From an uncultured delta proteobacterium (GTDB lineage: Bacteria; Desulfobacterota; Binatia; Binatales; Binataceae), in contig CAWCDG010000005.1 of NCBI GenBank assembly GCA_963794325.1, positions 64,001 to 128,000 of the forward strand: DNA of 64,000 nucleotides, read 5' to 3'. The position numbers were made by a program, and so were the translations under genes. This document shows, in pieces, positions 10,577 through 18,226 of this stretch (positions are counted from its first letter, which is position 1; every line of letters starts with the position of its first letter). The notes beneath the pieces are model-generated. The model was not told where the DNA came from and did not search any database. It saw only the letters and a program-made list of their open reading frames with translations.

Positions 10577-11284
10577 CTACTTCCCCTGCGGCGTTTGCCC
10601 GACCTGCCACAATTTCTCCGGCACGATTATCAGCCGCCGCCCGTCGCGAGTAATCACACCCTCGCGTTCGAAATCGTTGAGCTGCTCGGTAGTACGCTGG
10701 CGCGACGCGCCCACCAACTCCGCCAGATCCGCATGAGTCAGCTTGATCGTTAGCAACGTCCCGCGCGAGTCGCGCACGCCGAACTTTTCCGCCAACTCGA
10801 GCAGCGCACCCGCCAGCCGCTCGCGGAGTCCAAGCCCCACGAAGTTCGCGTACCGCACCAGCATTCCCCACCATCTCCCGACCGTCACGTCGAGTATGAT
10901 GCTCAGCCGATCGAGCGGCACGCCGAGCACAGTATCCACAAAAATTTCCGGCTTCACCACCGCGACGAGGCAATCGCTATACGCCTCGCATCGAAACGGC
11001 CGCGTGGTTTGCGGCAGCAGCGACGACAATCCGAACACCTCGCCCGGCCCGACGAAGCCGACCAGCACGCGCTGCTCGCGATTCACGTAACACAGCTTCG
11101 CCACGCCCGACAGCAGGATATAGACGTGACTCGACGCATCGCCTTCCTTGAAGATCGGCCCTTCGCGCCTCACCTTTAGCGCCTCCGACGCAGCCGCCAG
11201 ATGTGCTGCCTGATCTTCGCGCATCCACGACAGCGATTTGAGCCGCGTCAGGGATTTGGCATCAACTGCGACTTCCGCTACCAT
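10577..11284 (-). CDS. Crp/Fnr family transcriptional regulator with a CooA-like RQ recognition helix
   Basis: cNMP-like beta-roll (GPGEVFG) and HTH LTHADLAELVGASRQRTT. Confidence 0.92.
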   Translation of the reverse strand: MVAEVAVDAKSLTRLKSLSWMREDQAAHLAAASEALKVRREGPIFKEGDASSHVYILLSGVAKLCYVNREQRVLVGFVGPGEVFGLSSLLPQTTRPFRCEAYSDCLVAVVKPEIFVDTVLGVPLDRLSIILDVTVGRWWGMLVRYANFVGLGLRERLAGALLELAEKFGVRDSRGTLLTIKLTHADLAELVGASRQRTTEQLNDFEREGVITRDGRRLIIVPEKLWQVGQTPQGK

Positions 11285-11312
11285 GAACGTTAGCTAGCAC
11301 AATCGAAGTAAT

Positions 11313-11328
11313 TGTCGCGAATGTGACA
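11313..11328. promoter_or_regulatory. Crp/Fnr (CooA-type) operator TGTCG-N6-TGACA
   Basis: tgtcg-cgaatg-tgaca between the divergent regulator and phaE. Confidence 0.65.
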
Positions 11329-11362
11329 GCTCCCGCGATTCTTTTCCTCGATATGCACCTTT

Positions 11363-11378
11363 TGTCACGGGTGCGACA
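11363..11378. promoter_or_regulatory. Crp/Fnr (CooA-type) operator TGTCA-N6-CGACA
   Basis: ttTGTCA-cgggtg-CGACAaa, a second palindrome 50 bp from the first. Confidence 0.65.
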
Positions 11379-11475
11379 AACGTAAGCGTATCTAATGCTT
11401 GACGTAACTATCATATTACCGCAACTTACTTACGCCAAGACTGTGGAACATTCGAAGCAGAGAGAGGTAGTACCG

Positions 11476-12111
11476 ATGGCCAACAACAACGACAACCCAA
11501 GGAGCAAACTGAACTTCACCGACTCAAATTTTTCCGATGAGATCCTGAAACTCGCTCAGTGCCTGATGCCCGAGCCACCCACCACCAAAGTGAAGCGGCT
11601 CGTCGCAACCATCGCCGACAAGGGAATCGATCGCCAGCTTCATGAACTCGGCTGGAAGGCATACGATACCGTGGTCGGCGTTGCCAACAATGCAACCAAT
11701 CGCGTCTTCACCAGTCCGACCGTAGGCAACCTGCTCGGCGGTGCAGTCGATATCATGCTCCGATACCAGCGCTTCAATATGGCCGTCGCCGGCGCATTCT
11801 TCTCGGCGCTGTGGCCGGCCGTCGGTCTGCCTTCCGCAAGCGAAGTCGAGTCGCTCCGCGTTGACGTGCGTGCGATGCGCGAGGATCTGCGCGACGCCGT
11901 CGCCGATCGCGACACCAAAGACGACTTCGCCAGTGACCTGCACCGCGCGATCCGCGAGTCGATCATTAGCCCGCGAACAGTCGACCAGGCTGCCGCCCTC
12001 GAATCGATCGGCCACAAGCACGCCGAGAGGTCCGGCGTGTACCAGTTCTCGGTATGGTCCGGATGGCCCAGCGCAGACCCGATGGAGCACGGGGAAGATG
12101 TCGGCAATTAA
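11476..12111 (+). CDS. PhaE-like subunit of class III PHA synthase (divergent)
   Basis: GAGG RBS; VGLPSASEVESLRVDVRAMR resembles the PhaE C-terminal LGLPTRSE.. coiled coil; overlaps phaC. Confidence 0.6.
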   Translation: MANNNDNPRSKLNFTDSNFSDEILKLAQCLMPEPPTTKVKRLVATIADKGIDRQLHELGWKAYDTVVGVANNATNRVFTSPTVGNLLGGAVDIMLRYQRFNMAVAGAFFSALWPAVGLPSASEVESLRVDVRAMREDLRDAVADRDTKDDFASDLHRAIRESIISPRTVDQAAALESIGHKHAERSGVYQFSVWSGWPSADPMEHGEDVGN

Positions 12112-13162
12112 CGAAATCGCTTCGCTCTGGATGGAAGGCACGATGCGCACGCTCGACGCGTTCCGCACCGGCTTCGGCGCCACGATGGACGATCCGCCGC
12201 CCGCGACGCGATCGCGCGTCATCTATGAGTCCGGCCTCGTGCGGCTGCGCCACTACCGCGCCCTCGGCGAAAACCCCAAGCGCGTGCCGCTGCTGCTCAT
12301 CTACTCCCTGATCAAACGCCCCTTTATCCTCGACCTGCAGCCCGGCCGCAGCGTCGTCGAGTATCTCGTCAAACAAGGCTTCGACGTTTACCTGATCGAC
12401 TGGATTCCACCGCGGGCCGACGACAAGGGCCACGGCTTCGACGAGTACGTCAACGTCGACATCGCCAACGCCGTCCGCGCCATCCAGATTTACACCGGCA
12501 TCCAGCAGATCTCGATCCTCGGCTACTGCTTCGGCGCGCTGCTCGGCCTGATGTACAGCGCGCTGCACAGCGGCAACGTCAAGAATCTCGTCACCTTGAC
12601 CATCCCGCTCGACACCAGCCCGCGCCAGTTGCCCATCGAGCATCTGACGGCCGCGATGTCCTCGCGCAGCGCCAAGATGATCGTCGATATGTACGGCAAC
12701 GCGCCGGCCTGGATGATCTACTCGTTCTTCAACACCCTCGCGCCGACCCATCACATGCTCGACAAGTTCGTCGGCGCATATCGCAGCTCGGCGCGGCCCG
12801 GCTACCTCGACACCTTCAAGCTGTTCGAGCGATGGCTCCATAGCGACGTGCCGATGGCCGGTCGAATCTTCCTCGAGACCTCCGAGATGTGGCGCGAGAA
12901 TTCGCTGGTCAAGGGCACGATGAAAGTCGGCGCATCGATCGCGGACCTCGCCGGCATCAAGATGCCGTTGTTGAACGTCATCGGCGACCGCGACGACATC
13001 GTCAATCCCGCATCGAGCGAGCCGCTCCCCGATTTGGTATCGAGCGACGACAAACAGAATCTGCACTACCCAACGGGCCACATGGGCGCGGCGATCAGCG
13101 CCGACTCGCTCAAGCGTCTATGGCCCCAAATCGCCAATTGGCTGAGTGCCCGCGATGAGTGA
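12098..13162 (+). CDS. phaC: Class III polyhydroxyalkanoate synthase PhaC
   Basis: PLLLIYSLIKRPFILDLQPGRSVV, DVYLIDW, lipase box GYCFG, Asp in RDDIV, His in TGHMG; 354 aa. Confidence 0.88.
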   Translation: MSAINEIASLWMEGTMRTLDAFRTGFGATMDDPPPATRSRVIYESGLVRLRHYRALGENPKRVPLLLIYSLIKRPFILDLQPGRSVVEYLVKQGFDVYLIDWIPPRADDKGHGFDEYVNVDIANAVRAIQIYTGIQQISILGYCFGALLGLMYSALHSGNVKNLVTLTIPLDTSPRQLPIEHLTAAMSSRSAKMIVDMYGNAPAWMIYSFFNTLAPTHHMLDKFVGAYRSSARPGYLDTFKLFERWLHSDVPMAGRIFLETSEMWRENSLVKGTMKVGASIADLAGIKMPLLNVIGDRDDIVNPASSEPLPDLVSSDDKQNLHYPTGHMGAAISADSLKRLWPQIANWLSARDE

Positions 13163-13349
13163 AGAAACCAAAACACCAGGCTCAACGCACAAGCGGCAAA
13201 AGAAACGGACCGACAAAGGTCCCAAAGGAAACGTAGCGTCCCAGAAGATCGCTGACGCCGTCGGCGCGGCAGCGAAAACAATTTCGATCCACAACGTTAG
13301 CAAAACAAACGGCGGGCACGAGCCGCGCCGGCCATCAGGAGAAAAAGGA

Positions 13350-13610
13350 ATGTCAGAGCACAAAGGGAACGGTTCCGTGTTAGAGGGTCTTACCAGCAAC
13401 CTGAACATCGAGGGCGCCAAGAAGTTCGCCGCGTGGTATATCGACACCAGCGAGAAAGTCGCCAAGCAGGCAATCGACTTCCAGGCGCAGGCGACCAAGT
13501 GGGCGAAAGAAACCCCGCTCGCTCCAATTTTCGACGCACAGCTCGAATACGGCAAAAAGTTTGTCGAGCGCTCGGCCAGCGCCGCCCGCAGCCTCTGGCG
13601 CATCGAATAA
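13350..13610 (+). CDS. Phasin-like small helical protein (alternative start at 13155)
   Basis: AGGA RBS before ATG; amphipathic helix (EKVAKQAIDFQAQATKWAKETPL); last gene of the pha run. Confidence 0.55.
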   Translation: MSEHKGNGSVLEGLTSNLNIEGAKKFAAWYIDTSEKVAKQAIDFQAQATKWAKETPLAPIFDAQLEYGKKFVERSASAARSLWRIE

Positions 13611-13634
13611 TCTTTTCAGTATTAAGGCCGCGCT

Positions 13635-13668
13635 CCGTTGTCGCGCGCGGAATCGCGCGCGACAACGG
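13635..13668. terminator. Perfect 15-bp hairpin after the pha operon
   Basis: ccgttgtcgcgcgcg-gaat-cgcgcgcgacaacgg; no clear U-tract. Confidence 0.55.
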
Positions 13669-13707
13669 TTGGCGCCCTCCTCTGAGAGTCGTTAGATTCT
13701 TCAGAGC

Positions 13708-14973
13708 ATGGCTTCAGAACTCGCATCAGCCAACTCAGCCAACGCGCATGAGATCTCCCGCGACGAGCTCCGCGCCCGCCTGCGTGATCCCTCGCTGACC
13801 ATCCTCGATGTACTGCCCCAGGCCTCGTTCGTCGAGGCCCACATACCCCGCGCCATCAACATTCCGCTCGAGCAGATTCCCACTCAGGCGCGCGAGATAC
13901 TCCCCGACCTCGATGCTGACATCGCGGTTTACTGCGGCAAATTCACCTGAACTCGCGCCCAGGAGGCGGTCGCCTCTTTGCGTGAGCTTGGTTACTCGAA
14001 GGTCCGCGAATATCGCGGCGGCCTCGAGGACTGGATCGAGGCAGACGGACCAACCGAGCGCGTGAACGACGAAGTCTCGGAGCCGAAACCTGACGCCACG
14101 CCCGAGATTGCCGGCCCTCCGCTGAGCGCTTCGCCCGACGGCGCCGTCGGCCGCGGCCCTGCGCGCCTCTCCCGGATGCGCCGGCTCGACAAGTCGGTTC
14201 TCGACCTCGTCCAGCAACGCTCCACTTTGCAGCTGTTCACAATCTGGCTCGCAATGATCCTGCTGACCGGCCTCGCCTACTGGCTTGGCGCGATGCTCGG
14301 CGAGCACGGCCTCGTCGAACAGAGGCGACCCGTCCAGGCCGACCTCAGCGGATTCGCAAGTGCGCTATATTTCAGTTTCGTCACCGCAACTTCCATCGGT
14401 TATGGCGACATCGTGCCGGTCGGCGTTGCGCGCGTGGTCGCTGTAGCGGAGGCGATTGCCGGACTGCTGATCTTCGGCGCGGTCGTCGCCAAGTTCGTCT
14501 CGCATCGACAGGAAGAGTTAGTGAGCGAAATTCACCGCGTCACCTTCGAAGAACGGCTCGACCGCATCGAGACCAATCTGCATATGGTTGTTTCGGAACT
14601 GCTCGCGGTCACTGCGATGGTCGAAGCGAAGGCGCCGCTGAATCGAGTCACCACCCGGCTCGAGAGCGCCGTCATCCTTTTTGTGAGCGAATTGCGCACC
14701 ACCCGCGACCTGCTCTACCAGCCGCGCCTGATGGTCGAGGAAGGCGTGCTGGCCGGGATTCTTGCCACCCTCGCGTCGGCCATGAACGTGCTGGCCGAAC
14801 TGCTCGCGCTACTGCCGGATGAATTCTCGCGCTCGCAGGGATTAACCATTACCCTCGATCGTGTCACTGGTCTGGCCGAGGAGGTTTGCGGCGATTGCGT
14901 CCCCCACTCCTACACCCCAAGGCTCGTATTCTGGATGGACCGAATCCAGGCCACCGCCAAACGAATCAGATAA
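13708..14973 (+). CDS. Putative selenoprotein: rhodanese (YCGKFT-U) fused to a 2-TM K+ channel with a C-terminal helical CxxC domain, 421 aa
   Basis: ORFs 13708-13950 and 13978-14973 share a frame and are separated only by TGA 13948-13950; the rhodanese fold continues after it (LRELGYSKVREYRGGLEDW); FSFVTATSIGYGD filter; SECIS-like hairpin. Confidence 0.82.
13952..13986 (+). promoter_or_regulatory. Bacterial SECIS-like stem-loop
   Basis: Lower stem CTCGCGC/GCGTGAG, upper stem AGGAGGC/GCCTCTT, apical loop GGTC starting 18 nt after the TGA. Confidence 0.78.
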
Positions 14974-15031
14974 TCCCAGTGGGGCGGGCCGCCGTGCCCG
15001 CAATTGACTTGAGAGTGGCGCGGCAAGAATA

Positions 15032-15089
15032 CCTCGCCCGTTACTTCACGGGAGAGGAGGCCGGCCGCAACGCGGCCGGTAGGTGAGGG
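15032..15089 (+). repeat. CCCTC..GGGAGAGG..GGTGAGGG-type palindromic repeat, degenerate
   Basis: cctcgcccgt..acgggagagg, then ccggccgc-aac-gcggccgg, then ggtgaggg. Confidence 0.6.
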
Positions 15090-15196
15090 TTCCGCGATTC
15101 AATATGTAAGCGCGCCGCGACGCTGCCCTTTTTTTCTTGTCTTTCCCTCCTTGTGTCATTCAGAGCGAAAGTTGCTGTAGCGAAGAATCCCGAATC

Positions 15197-15318
15197 TGAG
15201 CGACCGGGATGATCGGTAACACTTTAGACCGGCATGATCGGTAACACTTTATCGGGGTTTGGCGGGGAGGAGCGCGAGGGGGGAGGCCGACGCTTCCAGC
15301 GTCGGGTGGGGGACTACA
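15197..15318 (-). mobile_element. IS481-like terminal remnant or MITE without transposase
   Basis: TGAGCG start, 25-bp tandem repeat gaccgg[g/c]atgatcggtaacacttta, ends in ACTACA; resembles the repeated AAAGTGTTACC.AT binding sites of IS481-family ends; no TSD seen. Confidence 0.5.
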
Positions 15319-15367
15319 TTTCCGGATTCCGAATATGCGGCGCCACAGACAATCGCGCCGCAATTGT

Positions 15368-15406
15368 CCCCCACCCTAACCCTCCCCCCACGAACGGGGG
15401 AGGGAA
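15368..15406 (-). repeat. CCCCACCCTAACCCTCCCC..GGGGAGGG repeat related to family A
   Basis: ccccaccctaaccctccccccacgaacgggggagggaa. Confidence 0.7.
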
Positions 15407-15504
15407 TCAGATCGCTTAGCTCTGAATGACACAAGAACTGAATGACACTGGAAAAAGAACCTGAGAGCAAAAGGGCGTCCTCGCCATTTTGCGATTAGTA
15501 CTAA

Positions 15505-15572
15505 GGTGCAGGGCTTAGCCCTGCCGAAGGAAGCGTGAAACCCACCGCGGGTTTCACATTAAATAAAGTGAT
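15505..15572 (-). repeat. Family B multi-hairpin repeat
   Basis: Near-identical to 9663-9731; abuts the stop codon of the MocR gene. Confidence 0.88.
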
Positions 15573-16901
15573 CTACGCCGATTGCGCATGCGTGCGCGGC
15601 CGGATCGATTCCGCCAAATCGGCCGCGAACTTGCCCGCATCTTCGACTGGCATGGTCGATGCCGTCACGCGGATTCCGGGCGCGCTTTTGATTCGATAGC
15701 ACTCGCCCGCCCGAATCGCCCAGCCTTTCGATGCCATCGCGTTCACCACGCCCGCTTCTTCCGCGACCGGCACCCACACGTTCAGCCCCGAGCGTCCGCG
15801 CGCCTCGATTCCGTGATTAGCGAGCGCTTCGATCAGCGCGCGCCGGCGATGCGCATAAGTATCGGCCGCTCTCCTCAGAATCGCCGGCGTCGCCGTGTCC
15901 GCCCACATCATCGCGACCAGGTCTTGCAGGATATGACTGACCCATCGCGGACCGAGGCTCTGCCGCCCCTGCACTCGCGCCACCGTCAGCGCATCACCTG
16001 CGACTGCGCTCACTCGCAAATCGGGACCGAGCGACTTCGACACCGACCGCACTGTCGCCCAATCCTTGCGGCCTCCCGACAATGTAATCGCTGGAGCGCC
16101 CGAAACCGGCCCGGCGTGATCGTCCTCGATCAAGACGACATCCGGAAACCCGGCGAGCACGTGCTTTAACTCGGACGCGCGTTTTCGATCGAGTGCCGCA
16201 CCGCTGGGATTCTGCGCACGCGGGGTCAAAATGAAGGCCTTCGCGCCGAGTTTGAGCGCGCGATTCAAATCCGCGGCCATCGGCCCCGAATCGTCGATCG
16301 CAACCGGCTCCGCCACCAGCGCCATCGCCGCAACCAGGTCGAGCACGCCGGTGTAGCTGGGATCTTCGACCGCGACGACGTCGCCGGGCCGCAGATGCGC
16401 CTGCAGGACGCGCTCGATACCGTCGAGCGCGCCGCTGACCACCGCAATCGAATCAGCCGCGATACCATCGCTCTTGAATTGCCGCGCGGCCAGCTTCACC
16501 AGGGCGGCGCGATTCTCGGCGTCGCCGTATTTGCCTGGAATTCCGTCGAGCCGCGCGAGAAACAGCTTCAACTTCGGCAGCATCGCCGGATCAGGCCCGC
16601 CGTCCGCCAGATTTCGCAGCCCGGGAGCGGGCGGCGGAAAGACCGCCCGGGTCAACAGCGGCGGCCGCCGATTGACGACGGTGCCGCGACGCCCCGAGCC
16701 ATGCACCAATCCACGGACCCGCAGCGCGTTATACGCCGCCGCCACCGTGGTCGGGCTGACGCGCAGCTTCGTGGCCAGCGCGCGCACGGTCGGCAGCCGC
16801 TCGCCGGCCTGCAACTTTCCGCCACGAATTCCATCTTCGATGCTCGCGGCGATCTGGTTGCTTGAATCTCCGCGGATTTGATATTGTACCGATACGTTCA
16901 T
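15573..16901 (-). CDS. MocR/GabR-type GntR regulator with PLP-dependent aminotransferase domain
   Basis: GERLPTVRALA..VSPTTVAAAY wHTH; PRAQNPSG, IEDDH, RSVSKSLGPDLR. Confidence 0.93.
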   Translation of the reverse strand: MNVSVQYQIRGDSSNQIAASIEDGIRGGKLQAGERLPTVRALATKLRVSPTTVAAAYNALRVRGLVHGSGRRGTVVNRRPPLLTRAVFPPPAPGLRNLADGGPDPAMLPKLKLFLARLDGIPGKYGDAENRAALVKLAARQFKSDGIAADSIAVVSGALDGIERVLQAHLRPGDVVAVEDPSYTGVLDLVAAMALVAEPVAIDDSGPMAADLNRALKLGAKAFILTPRAQNPSGAALDRKRASELKHVLAGFPDVVLIEDDHAGPVSGAPAITLSGGRKDWATVRSVSKSLGPDLRVSAVAGDALTVARVQGRQSLGPRWVSHILQDLVAMMWADTATPAILRRAADTYAHRRRALIEALANHGIEARGRSGLNVWVPVAEEAGVVNAMASKGWAIRAGECYRIKSAPGIRVTASTMPVEDAGKFAADLAESIRPRTHAQSA

Positions 16902-16932
16902 AGTTACGTACTGTAACAAAGAGGCAAGGTAG

Positions 16933-17658
16933 ATGGAAGAGGCGACGCAGATCCCGCAGACGGCCAATCCGAACGACAGCAGCCACTCGATCGCGGCCAC
17001 CGATCGAACGCGCGTCAAGCGCCTGCCCAAGCGCGCTTCATACGACCGCGAAACCATCTACTCGATCCTCGATACCGCGCTGGTCTGCCACGTTGGTTTC
17101 GCAATCGATAGGCAACCCTACGTGATTCCCACGCTTCACGTTCGTATCGACGACCGTCTTTATATTCATGGATCGGCGGCGAGCCGGATGCTTGGCGCCG
17201 CGGCCGACGGCACGCCGCTAGCGGTCACGGTGACGCATATCGACGGCTTGGTGCTCGCGCGATCGGCGTTCCATCATTCGGTCAACTACCGTTCAGTCGT
17301 GATTCTGGGCAATGCGACCCTGGTCACCGATCCGGCTGAGAAGCTGATCGTGATGAAGGGGCTTATCGATCACGTTGCGCCGGGCCGATGGGACCATATT
17401 CGGCATCCGAACGCGAAGGAGCTCGGCGCGACGTCGGTTCTGTCGATTCCAATCGTCGAGGCGTCGGCGAAGCTCAGGAGCGGCGACCCGTTCGACGACG
17501 AAGCCGACTACGCGATGCCGATTTGGGCGGGACAGATTCCGTTTGCGACGGGAACGTTGACCCCGATCGCCGATGGACGCCTCGAGGCCTCGACACCGAT
17601 TCCTGCGCACGTAGCCGAGTACGCGTTGCCCTTGAATCGAGGAGCAAGAGTTACATGA
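16933..17658 (+). CDS. Pyridoxamine 5'-phosphate oxidase-like flavin-binding protein
   Basis: LYIHGSAASRM, DGLVLARSAFHHSVNYRSVV; usual divergent partner of MocR regulators. Confidence 0.92.
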   Translation: MEEATQIPQTANPNDSSHSIAATDRTRVKRLPKRASYDRETIYSILDTALVCHVGFAIDRQPYVIPTLHVRIDDRLYIHGSAASRMLGAAADGTPLAVTVTHIDGLVLARSAFHHSVNYRSVVILGNATLVTDPAEKLIVMKGLIDHVAPGRWDHIRHPNAKELGATSVLSIPIVEASAKLRSGDPFDDEADYAMPIWAGQIPFATGTLTPIADGRLEASTPIPAHVAEYALPLNRGARVT

Positions 17659-18137
17659 CCGCGATGGTAGTGATGGAGACGGGCAGATTCCTGATCAGCA
17701 CCGATCGGTCGAAGCTCGACGTCGATTTGATTCACCGGTTTCTCGCAGACTCGTACTGGGCGGCCGGAATTCCGCGTGAGACGGTCGTTCGCTCGATCGA
17801 AAACTCGCTGTGCTTCGGGGTTTACGACGATGCCCGCCAGGTCGGCTTCGCGCGCGTGATTTCCGACTTCGCGACCTATGCGTACCTCGCCGACGTGTTC
17901 ATCCTCGAGCCGTATCGCGAACGCGGGCTGGCCAAGGAGTTGATGGCGTCGATCATGGCGCATCCGGATTTGCAGGGGCTGCGGCGATGGAGCCTCGGCA
18001 CCCGCGACGCACAAGGGCTGTACGCGCAGTTCGGTTTCAAGCCGGTCGTCAACACGCGGGCGCGCTCTGGTCATGGAGATCGTGAACCCCGAGAGCTATT
18101 CGCGTTCTTGAACGGGGCGCATCGACGTTCTATATAA
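17655..18137 (+). CDS. GNAT N-acetyltransferase (probable +1 frameshift near 18058-18060; corrected end 18111)
   Basis: ISTDRSKLD, SYWAAG, QVGFARVISD, YRERGLAK, TRDAQGLYAQFGF; the family-type tail MEIVNP lies in the +1 frame. Confidence 0.85.
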   Translation: MTAMVVMETGRFLISTDRSKLDVDLIHRFLADSYWAAGIPRETVVRSIENSLCFGVYDDARQVGFARVISDFATYAYLADVFILEPYRERGLAKELMASIMAHPDLQGLRRWSLGTRDAQGLYAQFGFKPVVNTRARSGHGDREPRELFAFLNGAHRRSI

Positions 18138-18226
18138 CAAGTGTTAGGGACCGCAGCCGGCGGCTGACGCCCGTCGTGGGCGCGGCCAGGACGCGCATTA
18201 CGCGGTCACCTCACGCGGAGGCAACA

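Larger units (their letters stand above)
15150..15435. repeat. Family C (GTCATTCTGAGCG..GCGAAGAATC) inverted pair enclosing nested elements
   Basis: Perfect 17-bp IR cttgtgtcattcagagc (15150-15166) / gctctgaatgacacaag (15419-15435); the left arm matches 44537-44571. Confidence 0.8.

Noticed and set aside
10577-11284. Calling the regulator CooA or FNR
   Set aside because: No evident heme-ligand motif or N-terminal Cys cluster and no coo genes; only the DNA-recognition helix is CooA-like.
13708-13950. 80-aa rhodanese as a complete gene or a simple pseudogene
   Set aside because: The TGA falls at a Cys-equivalent position, the domain continues in frame and a SECIS-like hairpin follows, so recoding explains it better. 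A nonsense mutation is not fully excluded.
15202-15251. 25-bp direct repeats as a CRISPR array
   Set aside because: Only two abutting units, no spacer and no cas genes.
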